From contig OZ316897.1 in NCBI GenBank assembly GCA_973895155.1, positions 15,685,375 through 15,749,374 of the forward strand: a stretch of 64,000 nt of DNA. The letters run 5' to 3'. Positions 25,746-37,844 of the stretch are shown here, one piece after another. This DNA is from Marsupella aquatica (taxonomy: Eukaryota > Plantae > Marchantiophyta). Under the pieces are notes generated by a model. It saw only the letters and a program-made list of their open reading frames with translations, was not told the DNA's origin and made no database searches. The translations under genes were made by a program, and so were the position numbers. Positions within the stretch are counted from its first letter, which is position 1. Every line of letters starts with the position of its first letter.

Positions 25746-27169
25746 TGGTTACACACTTTTCACCATTTTTAGTAAAATTTCCCAAAATTGTGGAGCAAGG
25801 TCTCATGGTAGAGGGGAGTAATGTGGAAAAGTGAGAAATTTTGGACACTCCTTTTATATGGCCAGTGGCAGTCTAAAAGAAGTTGTGATGTAAAGAGGTC
25901 AAGGGCAGGCACAGGCTAGTAATAGGCTCTATATGTACTTTAAAACTATTGGAGAATGACTCACTTGACACTCTCATAAATGATTTTAGTTTTAGTTTTT
26001 AGTAACAATAGGATATTGACAACTGACATAGGTGGATCACGTTTGGGACTTTGTACAATTGGTGCAAAGTAGTGGCCTGGCTGACAGGTGGGAGGATGAA
26101 GGAGCGCTCTTTGATACTCCCCTCCTTGATACACCCCTCTCCACTTTCTCCTGCACCCCTTTCCTTTTCCCAGTTCTTTTCTCCTCTTTGCTTTGAGAGT
26201 GGATACCCACAAATGGTACGTTCAGATGTCTAGAAACTGATTCCACATGGGCTAGATGTCTGTATGTTTTTTAGAGTGCCCTCAGTCACAAAGCATTATT
26301 ACTATGCAATTGTATCAAGCTTTGTCACCAGCCACAAGTCAGACTAGTAAAGTATAGCAACTGTTTTTGGGAACGTACTGTCAAAACTACTCACCTCGGC
26401 ACATTAAAATTGTTGTATGTAGATTTACAGCTAAACAAATGTAGGACATAAACTTTTCTTTCGGGCGCACTTTAAATGCCATAATCCATGTTCTCTTGTG
26501 GGGCTACTGTTGGGGCTATGGCCTTAAACCACCACTGTCCACCAAGTTAGGGGAGGACAAAATACAGATTTAAAAAAATAAATTCTTAGGCAAATTTCTC
26601 ATTATTTTAGTAACCTGGATCCACCAGGTTTTGCTTCAGGGGCAGTGGCCCTTTAAAATACAACTACCTATATAAGAACTGCAGGTTACTAGTAGCCCTC
26701 ATTATACAACGGACAAGTAGAGGTTCACTAAGAACAGTCAGTCTTCACCAGGGACGGGTTCAGGTTTGCTAGGAATAAACTTGGGTCCCACTTTTTAAGG
26801 TGAGTACAATGTCCACCGGGGGACAAGTATGAGCAGTAGCCAGGCAGGAATGGGCCTTTTATATGGGCAGCTGCGATTCAACCTCCTACAAACTGTCCTT
26901 GGGATTACAGCCCACAACCCCCTCACCCTGGTCTGGCCTTGCCTGTCATACTGGGGGTCTAGAGGTCGGCAAATAGTCATCCCATCATCCTGGTCTCCTG
27001 GAGTCGGGGTCAGGTCCAGGTGACAGGTTCGGCCCGTGCGTATTTGGGCTGCATTCAAGAGGGGATTGGGTGGGTTTGGCCGGGTCCGGGTCCGGGCCGG
27101 GTTTGGGACCGGTGTGTGACTGGCATGAGGTCCGGGCAGTGTTCGGGCAGGGTGGACCGGGGAAGGTCG

Positions 27170-27514
27170 TGTTGAGCATAGATGACAATCGCAACGGTAA
27201 GCCCATGAACCATCCAACGCACAAGAGTCGACACAGAGAGATACGTGGTTCACCTCCACATGAGGCTACGTTCACGGGAACACACAAGAGCTGCACTGCA
27301 CTCTAGGCCGACCGACCATACCAAACATCCACAGCGCAAACTCTCCCTATCTCTCAACTAGCTCCGTAACAATGAGCCTTAGTCCCCTCAGGGTCTGGCA
27401 CTAGCTCTCACAATATACACAACAACACTACTGTTAACATTAGTTAAGTCCTAACTTGAGTTAGCCTAACTGTGGTTAGTTCATGAATCACAAGACTAAA
27501 AGCAATACCTAACA
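27170..27514 (-). mobile_element. Solo LTR of the Copia-A family
   Basis: 345 bp, TG..CA ends, reverse-complement homolog of LTR 31834-32177. 5-bp TSD GGTCG (27165-27169 and 27515-27519). Inserted in a GC-rich CCGGG-repeat tract. Confidence 0.92.
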
Positions 27515-28988
27515 GGTCGGGCCGGGAGAGTCGGGGGGAAAGAACAGAGCCGGGCTGCGAGGGTGGGTGCAGGGGAAGAGCCAGGCGGGCCAGGTTGGGA
27601 GGGTACCGGGGAATCCCGGGGAAAACTCTGGAATGGCAGGAGATGGGTACAAATATAGAGTCATCAAATTGTTTTTTTGGGGGACCCTCATTTTGTTTTG
27701 TTTTTGGGTACTCATTTGATGATTTTACGTGCCTGGCAAGGCATACTTGCCCCTCACGTTTGGGCCGTTACACATCGAAGAAATGTTCAGGACGGCTCTG
27801 CCGATCTGCGATTGTCGCAGGAGACTGTATTAATTGTTGGGCGCCCGATCCTCCTTCATTAGGAATGCTCCGAGTCATCTCTACCAAGAATCAACAATCC
27901 CACTGAGCTAGAAGGTTAGGCAGGCAACTCCAGCGATCGAAATGTAGGTCGCATCTTTCACGACATCGAGCACTTGACGCGCTCTCAGCTGCGGAACCAG
28001 CGTCATGGCAGAGGGCCTATCACTGCAGGTAATGCTTTGTCTGCCCTTCAGATCTTTGACTACGAAGCTCTCACGGTACACATTGGTGGGGAGGGAAGCG
28101 TAAGCCAATGGCTTCCCACCTGAATGAATTCCGGGGTATGCCCCCATTTCTCTGTCAATCCTCGTCTTCGTTTCTTCTAGAGTTGGTTAGCTCAAAGTTC
28201 ATTCCTTCTTAGCAGACATGGTGCCAAATCGAAGTGAGAACTCTTTGTTTGTGTGCCGATGAATCCCGACTGGATTTCGGAATTCTGTAGCCGAAGATAA
28301 AGCTACCGTCCGATGATCTCGATCTTCTTCTACATTCCATATTCTGTTCATAATTGCTAGGAGATTCGAATTCCAGGGGTGGTGTCCACTCCCTCACTAC
28401 CATGACTAAGTGCAAACGAACTGTCTATACCGGGAAGCGATCGTTTTGGTCCTGAATTTTATGGTGTTCTTTAGAGGTTAGCACAACTTTTTGATAATTC
28501 CACGAGCCTTCTCACTCTCAAATTGACGATGACGATTCAGTACACTCTGCCTACTCTGCCTACTCATTTGCCTGTCTCGCTTTCTTCTGACCTGTTGGCA
28601 GTGCTTTGATGGTATTTCTGTAAGTTTCTCATCTTTACGTGCCTCTCTTTCTTCCCAGGTTGGACCCCCTCTCCCTTTTCTTTTTTCTGGGAATTATTAG
28701 ATTGAAAAACCCAGGCTTTATTCCTATTCTCTCTCGGTTATATTAATCTTCATCTTTCTGGTTGTGTTGTCTCAGAAACAAGAGTCGTCCCAAAAAGACC
28801 TTGCTGCTCCTGTATGAAGCAGAATTGGATAGTTCCTTTGTATCACAGGTCAGTTGGAACACAGTGAGCACGGTGTGTTTTAGGGGTGGCACGTGGATCC
28901 GGTCGAAGGCCGTCCATGGAAGGCACCCTTGAAGAGATTGTTGGAAGAGAGGCGATCCTTAGTTAGCAGCCAACAGGAAGTTACGCCC

Positions 28989-30350
28989 ATGACAAATGTA
29001 TTCAGATCGTTCGGAATTGGGAAAGAGAAATCTGGCTCGGTCCGAACCTCGCGTGGCAGAAAATGGGGCCACGTTCATGTTCTACTTGTTATAGGATTGT
29101 GCTCAATCCTTGGGACTCTTTGGGCAGGATGGAGAAATGGCAAGTTTGAGGCAATTTGGAGCCTTTGGCAGGACGAAAAAGCGGACCATAGACCATTGTC
29201 CACAACATGGTATGAGCATGGGGTGAACATCAGCATTGTAGCGGAGGCTTTGGAGAGTGGTGCAGTTTGCCTGGATGGATCTCCTCCTGCATACTTCCTG
29301 GATAGAGGCTCTGGTGAGGGTGCAAACAACTGGCTCGTTTTTCATGAGGGGGGTGGTTGGTGCCAAAATTCTGTGTATTGTCTTCAACGTTCATATACAG
29401 AATTGGGTTCATCCAGGCACATGCCACGTCGCGCTCGGCTGGGAGGCATCCTCAGTAGCTCTCGTGTGGCCAATCCAGATTTTTATAATTGGAACAGGGT
29501 ATTGCTGAAGTACTGCGACGGGGGTTCTTTCAATGGAGATGTTAGCGATCCAGTGGAAGTGGGGTTGCACACTAATCCCTTGATTAATGGCAAGACTCCC
29601 GTTGTCTTCTACCGAGGACAGAGAATATGGAAAGCCTTAATGGAAGAGCTTATGGAGAGGGGCATGAAAAATGCTCAAAAGGCATTATTGTCTGGTTGCT
29701 CAGCGGGCGGCCTTGCGACAATCCTGCATTGCGATCAGTACAGGGACCTTATGCCACAGACAACACTAGTCAAGTGCCTCAGCGATGCAGGCTTTTTTAT
29801 TGACATACCAGATGTCAGTGGGGTGCAAACCATAGAAGCTTTCTACGCTGATGTTGTCCAATTGCAGAACATGGTTGAAAATTTGCCAAAGTATTGTACT
29901 TCTGAGAGGCCGGCAACTCGGTGCTTTTTCCCAGAGTACATCATAACGGGATTGAAAACCCCGTTCTTCATGCTCAATCCAGCATACGATACATGGCAGA
30001 TGGACAACATTCTTATTCCACGTGCTGCCGATCCTGACGGCATTTGGGATAACTGCAGGAGTTATCTTTCATCCTGTTCTGATGTCCAATTCAGATTTGT
30101 ACAAGGTTTTCGGGACAGCCTTCTGAAAAAGTTACAACCGCTCATTGAAAGAGAGCACGACGGTGCATATGTCGATTCTTGCTATCTCCACTGCCAATCT
30201 CAAGATGATAGTAGCTGGAATAGTCCCAAAGGTTCGAAAATTGACAACAAATCGATTGCAACAGTTGTTGGGGATTGGTACTTTGAGCGGAATTTGACAA
30301 AAGTTATTGATTGTCCATTCCCTTGTAACCCCACCTGTCCACGTTTTTGA
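28989..30350 (+). CDS. PAE: Pectin acetylesterase (PAE/Notum family), intronless, N-terminal membrane anchor
   Basis: [50 protein letters not shown] (catalytic Ser), AYD, HCQ, VGDWYFER, IDCPFPCNPTC. Hydrophobic VLLVIGLCSILGTLWAGW near the N-terminus. Confidence 0.93.
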   Translation: MTNVFRSFGIGKEKSGSVRTSRGRKWGHVHVLLVIGLCSILGTLWAGWRNGKFEAIWSLWQDEKADHRPLSTTWYEHGVNISIVAEALESGAVCLDGSPPAYFLDRGSGEGANNWLVFHEGGGWCQNSVYCLQRSYTELGSSRHMPRRARLGGILSSSRVANPDFYNWNRVLLKYCDGGSFNGDVSDPVEVGLHTNPLINGKTPVVFYRGQRIWKALMEELMERGMKNAQKALLSGCSAGGLATILHCDQYRDLMPQTTLVKCLSDAGFFIDIPDVSGVQTIEAFYADVVQLQNMVENLPKYCTSERPATRCFFPEYIITGLKTPFFMLNPAYDTWQMDNILIPRAADPDGIWDNCRSYLSSCSDVQFRFVQGFRDSLLKKLQPLIEREHDGAYVDSCYLHCQSQDDSSWNSPKGSKIDNKSIATVVGDWYFERNLTKVIDCPFPCNPTCPRF

Positions 30351-31558
30351 TTGTGCAATGAACGTAATGAAAGTTGATCTTTTCACTAGGATTAATGGTA
30401 CAACCCGTCAGATAGGGACTCCCTCAATTATTCAATTATTGAAAGTTAATTGGAAGTTTTTGGTCTAGGGTGAAGAGCCGTAGTGTCTATGACTCGCTGG
30501 AGACCAAGAGGTGAATGGCAGTACATTGCTTAGCTGATTCCTGCTCTTATCGCCCTGCAAACTGGAAGAAGTATACTTCCTTTTGAAGCACGCAAAGAAT
30601 TGAAGGGTCGCTGACCAAGTTTGTGGACGACGAGATTTTGGCTTTCAGGGTACTGATTTGAGCAATTGATTTTAAGAGGATGGTAATTGAAGTTGTCTGT
30701 GGCTAGTTAGGTACGAAGACTTACTCTCGTTTTTGTGAAGCCTTAGGTTGATCGGGAAAAGTACACAGGTAAAAAGTCGGAGTCACAGAAATGTCGCGAT
30801 TAGCATGAATTGAACTAAACGATGGAGGCAAGGTCTCAGACCAGGAGAATCGATTTTCTTGCATCAGGTGCGTGGTTACCTGGTCAAAAGGGATTTGGTT
30901 CTGTGAGAGTTTTGGATTCGTTATAGTTTATGCAAGACCAAGGGAAGTGAACCAACAATTGGCTGAATTGTGTTTAGCAGTATCAGCTGTCTGGCTTTCC
31001 ATAGAATCCTCAGGTCATCCTGACATTGGCGTATCATTTGCCTGGCTTTCAGTGAGGCCCTCAAGTCACCCCAAACTTGGAGATGTGTCATCCTTTGTAT
31101 TCGTCTGTTGGGGCCTCTCTACATAACATCTTGGCCATTTGTGAGGTCCATCCTGGGGTTCTCTGAGTCATCCCGTTGTCACTAGAGAAAAAGCAAATGC
31201 TTATGGAGCAGGTGAACAAGCATTGACAAATGCTCCCTGAGGAGGTGTTGGTCTCACTGGAGACCATTAAAATCCTGTATCTCACTCTAATCCAATGAAG
31301 CCCCACTGGGTCTCCTCATTGCTTCTTAAAGTCGGACTCCATGGGGCAGTGACGTGAACGGATTAAATTTGACAAGTTTCACTCACATACAACGGATACA
31401 AGTGTTGGAGCACCACACTAGAATAATGTGTCATGACATTAATAAAACTAATTATGTACCCCGCAATTTCGAATTAAAAAGCTCTATTTTTACATGCATG
31501 CCAAGAGTCACAAAAAACAAGCGAGGACCACATGGACCAGTGTCTTCTTGGGTCTCGA

Positions 31559-31815
31559 TAACTGCACATCAAAATATGACATATATGATGTACGTACACC
31601 CCTGGTAACTCCACATCAAAATATGACATATATGATGTATGTACACCCCTGCATACACCCCTGGTAACTGCACATCAAAATATGACATATATGATGTACG
31701 CACACCCCTGCATACGGTGATAATCCTAGTTTTTTCCTTTCAATCAATGATCCTAGTTTTTTCTTTTCAATCAATAAATGCGGTCACATTTTGATGTGTG
31801 ATTACCAGCAGGGGT
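31559..31815. repeat. Three ~48-60 bp tandem units plus an inverted partial copy
   Basis: TAACT(G/C)CACATCAAAATATGACATATATGATGTA..ACACCCCTG three times; inverted CATTTTGATGTGTGATTACCAG at about 31787-31808. Confidence 0.8.
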
Positions 31816-33127
31816 CTTCGATCACACCCAAACTGTTAGATATTGCTCTAGTCTTGTGACTCATGAGCTAACCATAGTTAGTCTAACTCTGGTTAGGACT
31901 TAGCTAATGTTAGCGGTAGTGCTGGTGTGCATATAGCCAGGGCTGATGCTAGACCCTGGTGGAACTTAGGCTCATTGTTACGGAGCTAGTTGAGAGATAG
32001 GGAGAGCTTGTGCTGTGGATGCTTGGTATGGCCGGTCGGCCTAGAGTGCAGTAAAGCTCTTGTGTGTTCCCGTGGATGTAGCCTTATGTGGAGGTGAACC
32101 ACGTATCTCTCTGTGTCGACTATTGTGCGTTGGATGGTTCATGGGCTTGTCGTTGTGAATGTCATCTATGCTCAACAAGTGGTATCAGAACATGCCTGGG
32201 AGGTGACGAGGTTTTTTTGTGACAGGTTTTTTCCAGCGTTCATTGTCGATGGTACATTCGGAGTTTCATCGCATGAAACTCGAATGTGTGTGGCTGTGAG
32301 GATAGGTTAGTGAGAGGGCTTTCTAACGGTGGTTAGAACTCGCTGATCGGTATCCGTGGTGCGGAGGAATTGAAGTTTGCGTCATTCAGGGTTTATTCGT
32401 GTTTGACGGTATTTCGGGGGAGAGACCAGAGTTCGCTTTTTTCAACGGTGTGAGCTGTGCGGTACGGGAGGGATCGCACATTATAGCTCAAGTTGAAGGT
32501 TGAAGCGAGCTGGTCGTTTCGGTAGCTGGATTGTTGCTAAGTTGTTACCAAGTGCGACGTGACGAGTGAAGGAGGCGTTCAGATTTTTTCACAAGCTATC
32601 ACTGTCTAGTACATTTTGGGGCCTAGTCCGATTCTCACCTTCCGATGATGCCAAGGTTTCCGATTCTATTCTAATTGGATGTACGATCCAACCGTCCAAG
32701 CCAACGCGTATCGGACCTTGCCATTAAACTAGAATCGGACTATCACCATTCCAACCCAATCACAAACGGGCCATCACTACGATGTAGGAAAAGTTGGATT
32801 GTTTGTCCAAGCCAGAAACAATTGGACCGCTTGGTCCGATTCTTCTCCAATGCTAGATGAATTGGAATCCCTTTCCAAAGAAAAACGTAAGCACGTTTTC
32901 CGATCAAATTAGAATTGGAAGTTGCCATTCAATACAAATTGGAAGTTTTCAATGCGCATGGAATTGGATATTCCAAGGTTTTCAGGATTGGACAATTGTT
33001 TCCAAGTGGTAGGCAATGGGATTCATATTTGCAATACAAATACAATGAGATCTTGGTCCAATTGTTGGTGCAATGGACTTTGTGGTCCAACTCTTTGGGA
33101 ATTGGAAGTGTGTCTACGATTCATTTA

Positions 33128-34947
33128 TGTGACAGGGCCCCAAACCCGGTAGTAACTTAGTGATAACTTATAATTGCGTATATAAGTAGAAAGACAAGTA
33201 GGTGTAGTAAAAGTGTTTGGATTTTCAAAATTTTCATTTTTGTTAGTTCTAATAAATGGATGCGACAACCGGACGAAACGAAGTTGAGAGGGGTGCCGGG
33301 CGGTGATGGATGACAAGGGAACCATTGAGGGGGTACAAGGAGGCCACAAGGCAGCCCAAGGACTTGGAGCCAAGATGTGGGCATCTTGGAGGGGTGGGGG
33401 CTGGTCGGAGGCTCCACGTAAGGCACAAAACGGGAAGAATGACCAAAATATAGAAAACGTTGAAACTTAAAACAGACGTTGCTGCACTAGTACTATTCCA
33501 AACATGGTCATGTTTGGATTCATTTTGAAGCCCTCAATGAGCCCCATGCGAAACTGAGGTTCTCTAGTTAATTTTAGGTCTATATCAAACAGTGACATCT
33601 CGAGGGACCTCAATGCCCGTAAACGGCAAACTAGGCAATCTTGGAGTAGTGATGGTGGGAGGGCCGAAGGGGTTCCCACACTTGTGTTCCCTTTCACCCT
33701 TTGCGTGGTCCTCACATGGTTTTTTTTTGCTCTCTTTCCCTTCCCCACTTCGTAGAGGGGCACTCCGTAGAAGGGGCCCTCACACTTTCTTCCTTCCCTT
33801 TTTTTTCTATTATCACTTGTGGGGTTTCCACCCATACCTAAACCCTAAACCCTTTCCCTCTTGTGCTTGCTTTCAACGTGTGTACGGATCCTGGTTGTAC
33901 GAACATCAGATTTTTGACCATCTCAAAATCAGGAGTCTACAGGCTTGTTGGAATGAGCTCGCCGAGCTGAATCCAACGATGTGTCACACGGCCAAAACGG
34001 AGCTAAGACGAGGGAGATACAACTGATCGCGTTTTTTGAGAATATAGGGGTTTTTGAGGCCGTACGGACGTCCGTACGGTAGGAGATCCCGGCTTTGGAA
34101 GGAGGAGGTAGCAACACATACGGGGACCCCGTGATCTGTGTTTTGCAAGCCGGGGCCCCCTGGTGTTGTACGGACGAAACGGAGGGAGACGGTGCCCCGT
34201 GAAAACTTAAACGACCATATCTTGGCCGTTTGACCTCCGTTTTGTGCACCGTTTACGGAACCGTGATCAGGAAGAGGAGGGCTCCTCAGATATGTTTTCA
34301 GAAGTGAATTCTGAGAAAATTTTAGTTTCGACAATTATGGGGGCCCCCTCCTTTTACAACGGACCAGAGGTGGCGATCAGGAGGATTGAGGCTGGTAGGC
34401 AAGGTAGATAGATAGGATAGGAGGTGGTGGACTCAAGTGAGTCCTTGTTTAGCGGAGTGGTATCCACTCCAATGGAGAGCGGTGACCAACTCACGGGGCT
34501 CAAGCCAGGGCACCGTGAGTGAGGAGGGGGCACCGTGAGTGAGGAGGCATCGTGAGTGAGGACTAATGAGGAGACCAACTCACGGGGCTCAAGCCAGGGC
34601 ACTGTGAGTGTGGAGGAGGAGGACTAGGGTAGCCGTACGGACTTGGTCGTACGACCTCTGGATTGTGAAACTTTTCGGAAGGGTGCACTCACGGGCTTGT
34701 TGGAAAGAGCTCGCGGAGCTGATTCCAACAAGAGGCAGCGCTCCTCAAACGGAGCCAGGATGAGTAAGTTAGGGCCCGACGAAGTTGGTAAGTAAGTGAT
34801 ACTGAAACAACCATAACTTGGTCGTTTGGCGTCCGTTTCGAGAGTGGTTTTGTGATTCATGATCAGGGGGAGTAGGGCTATCCAGGGGTGAACTCAGAAG
34901 TGCAAGTGAATGGGCGCCCAGTTTCGGCCATTGCGGGGTTTCTTACA
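33128..34947. mobile_element. Candidate long solo LTR (Gypsy-like) nested in the CACTA element
   Basis: Starts TGTGACAGGGCCCC, ends GGGGTTTCTTACA. Flanks ATTTA/ATTTC (imperfect 5-bp TSD). Internal duplications GAGCTCGC.GAGCTGA.TCCAAC and GACCAACTCACGGGGCTCAAGCCAGGGCA. Confidence 0.5.
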
Positions 34948-36312
34948 ATTTCATGATTCACGGAGTAATGTTGGGGTGCCGTCGAAGGCACCATCGGCCC
35001 CATTGTTAGTTTAGGGTTTAGGGTTTTAGAAGCATGTGTGTGCCGCATGCTTTTAGTTTAGGGGTTTCTTAGTGAAGGGTTTAGCGGCGCCGCTAGGGTA
35101 AGCCGCCAGCGTTGTGGCCCCGTGAGGGGTGCTTTGGTGTGTTTTCTTGGTATTTAGGGGGAGAGCCCCGGAGTAGTGAGGGGGGGGGGGGAACTCAGTC
35201 TAGTGTTTGCTTAGGGAAGTTAGCTCATAGCCAGAAGAGGGAATCAAGCCAGAGTAGTGAGGTAGAGGTGTAGCACTTGCCCCAGTGAGACAGTAGTTGG
35301 GCAGACGACAGGAGGCCGGGTTGTCCTTGCAATGTGTTACGACGTTTTGCCAAAAGATATGGATTTGGTTTGATTCCTCAAGTTTTGGTGTGGTGTTACC
35401 TTTTCTGGTTCACGATTGTGTTCTTTCCCCGAGAAACGTCTAAGGAATCCTTGCACGGTTTGATCAACCATGTGAGTAGGGAGGGGTGGTGACAGCACTC
35501 CATCGACGACCAGTAGGAGTGTGTGTGTGGCGTAGTCCATGGGACTTGATCAAAAGCAGAGCGGCTAGTCGGTAGACTTGATCAAAAATTACATTTCCGA
35601 GAGCGGAAATAAACATACTCATCCTACATGCAATAGAATTCTAATAGCGTCCCTTCACGTTCCCGTCATACGATAACAAACGATTTTAGTAGGAGTAAAT
35701 ACGTATTCGTCGTGTAAATCGTTTGATAAGCAGGTGACAATTTAGAATTGGAACCTTTGGCAAGGCCAGGGCGTTATCCCTCATTTGCTCATGGAAAGTA
35801 TTGACCGGTCCTGAATCATGTGTAGCATAGCCTTTGTAGTCTGTGTTCCTAGGATGAGAAATCTTATGCCAATGGCTATTCCTATCTTTACAATGCACTA
35901 CCCTATAATGGTTACCAAAAGTTTTCGTTAAATTGTAAGTCAAAGCCTTTTGACTCGATGAAAAAAAATTCTTGCGGTCAACAAAAACAATTGTCTTCAT
36001 TGTCATCTAGGTCAAAATTCTATATATATTGTCTCCCTAAATGAACTTAAACACGCCCCAAAAGGAATTGTAGCAATTTGAGGAGGACATTGGTTTGTTT
36101 GGCGATCTAACATTGATAGATAAATTGGTTCCCATATAGTCAACATAGAGCTTTCATAATTGACCACGCAACCCAATGTCATGATACGCAAGAATTCATC
36201 AAGAATTGGCCCAAACTGTGGATCTAAATGAACTCAAAGGTGTATAAAAACCCCAGGCACTCTATAAGAAACATCAAATGTGCCTAAGGTTGCATGTACA
36301 ACGCAAGAGCTA

Positions 36313-36367
36313 AGAACTAGGAAGTTAAGCACCTATTGAGAGGAATAGTGTTTGGGATGGGTGACCT
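36313..36367 (+). promoter_or_regulatory. 5S rRNA-derived Pol III internal control region (A box, C box)
   Basis: AGAACTAGGAAGTTAAGC..TAGTG..GGATGGGTGACCT aligns to the plant 5S segment AGAACTCCGAAGTTAAGC..TAGTACTAGGATGGGTGACCT. The rest of the 5S gene is absent. Confidence 0.65.
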
Positions 36368-37844
36368 GACTTCTCTAGTAGCCCACAATCTTGCTAAGAC
36401 TTGAAGCCTCACACAAAAGAATACACCAGTTAGCTAGTGATATGCAACCCGTAGAGGAGTAGGATCAGGCCGGGGCAGCACTAGGGCCGCCGATTGGGGT
36501 AATCGCACTTCAATTTTTGATTTGATTCTAATTGGGACCCCTGTCCCATTGTAGTACAATAGCACAATAGTTTCCGATTGCGAAGTACTTGGAAATGGTC
36601 ATGCCATTCTCACATAATTGGACAATTGTTTGCCATTTCTTTTGAATTGAATGCGTCTTTCCAATACTAGTTTAATTGGACAAGTCCAATCTCGGTCCAA
36701 TAACGCTAACCCGATTGTTTGGGGATTGGATGATACGATGCGACTTCAATCGAAACATCGGTAAAAACTACAACAATCCGCCGAAGGGGTCCGATTTGAG
36801 GAGAATTGGATTAAGGGTGAATTATGTACTAGTGTATGGAGCTTGTTCTCATCTGAACCAGGTTTCTCTTCATGTTGACTGACTCGGTGGAAGAAACGCA
36901 GAGTGCCACGGCTCAACGGTTTGATCGCGGCGAGGCGGTCGTTTTGAGCTCGGGATTGACACTTGACGCGGAGTGAAGGCGTCACGGCGGAAGTTGTTAC
37001 TCTGCTGGAGCTGCAGATTGTGCCGATGAAATTTGGAAACATTTCCCGTCGGCGGCAATCTTTTTTCTTGTTTAAAACTACGGCGTTTAAGGTGTGTAAC
37101 CCGGGTTTTTTCTCATTTTTAGTGGCAAATTTTTTGGTTACTTTAGTGTGATTTTTTCCCGTCCCCCTTTGCGACACTCGGGCGAGCCGGCGCCCCTCCT
37201 CGGCGCACGGCGTCGTTAAGCCCTCCTCCCTGTATCCGACTGCCTTATACGCGGCCGTCACCCTCGTTCGCCCCCATACGCCCCTGCCCACATATCGACT
37301 GCCCCGTACGGGGTATTATTGTGAATTAAGGGGCTTAAGGACCCCCTTTAGCCCCCTTTTCCTTGTTTTTTCCTCTTTTTGGTGTTTCCTCTTGTGCCGG
37401 GACCTGCCGCCCTCCGTTTTAACCGCTCCGACAGGGGGAACGGCCCCTGTAAGACCTGTCGGACTGTGCGGGAATATTCCTAAAAAACAAAGAGCTATTT
37501 TTTGGCCGTCCGACAAAGATTCCCTCCGCCGAACGGTAACTGTTTTGGTTCTTTTTTGGTGAGGACGTTGCCCCTGGAGTTAGCAACGCGGCGCACCAAT
37601 CACATCGCGATTCCGACGACGGGTTGTACTGGGTATTTTGGTTATTCTTCGAGGTGGTCAAAACGGGGGAGTTTCCCAAGGTTTTACCCATCCCGACCAA
37701 AATTTGAATAACTTTTTCGTCGAATTTCAATTTTGATTTTGGCTTTCAGTATTGGACTCCTAGCTTTGTGGGCTACGCGGCAGTGTTGAGTTTTGAGTTT
37801 TATGAGAGGTTTCAAAAAAAGACATTTTTTTGTGATTGTTTCAT

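Larger units (their letters stand above)
32600..36834. mobile_element. Non-autonomous CACTA (En/Spm) DNA transposon nested in the Copia-A leader
   Basis: Left end CACT(GTCT)AGTACA, right end TGTACTAGTG. 3-bp TSD TAT on both sides. Many CCGATT/CCAATT/AATTGG subterminal repeats at 32620-33110 and 36490-36820. No transposase ORF. Confidence 0.75.

Noticed and set aside
31559-31715. Repeats that might be a CRISPR array
   Set aside because: Units are contiguous without unique spacers, there are no cas genes, and the context is eukaryotic.
33836-35062. Telomere-like TTTAGGG/CCCTAAA motifs
   Set aside because: Only about 2 units at a time inside TE sequence; not an interstitial telomere array.
36313-36367. 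Functional 5S rRNA gene
   Set aside because: Only the central ~55 nt match; the 5' and 3' portions of 5S are missing.
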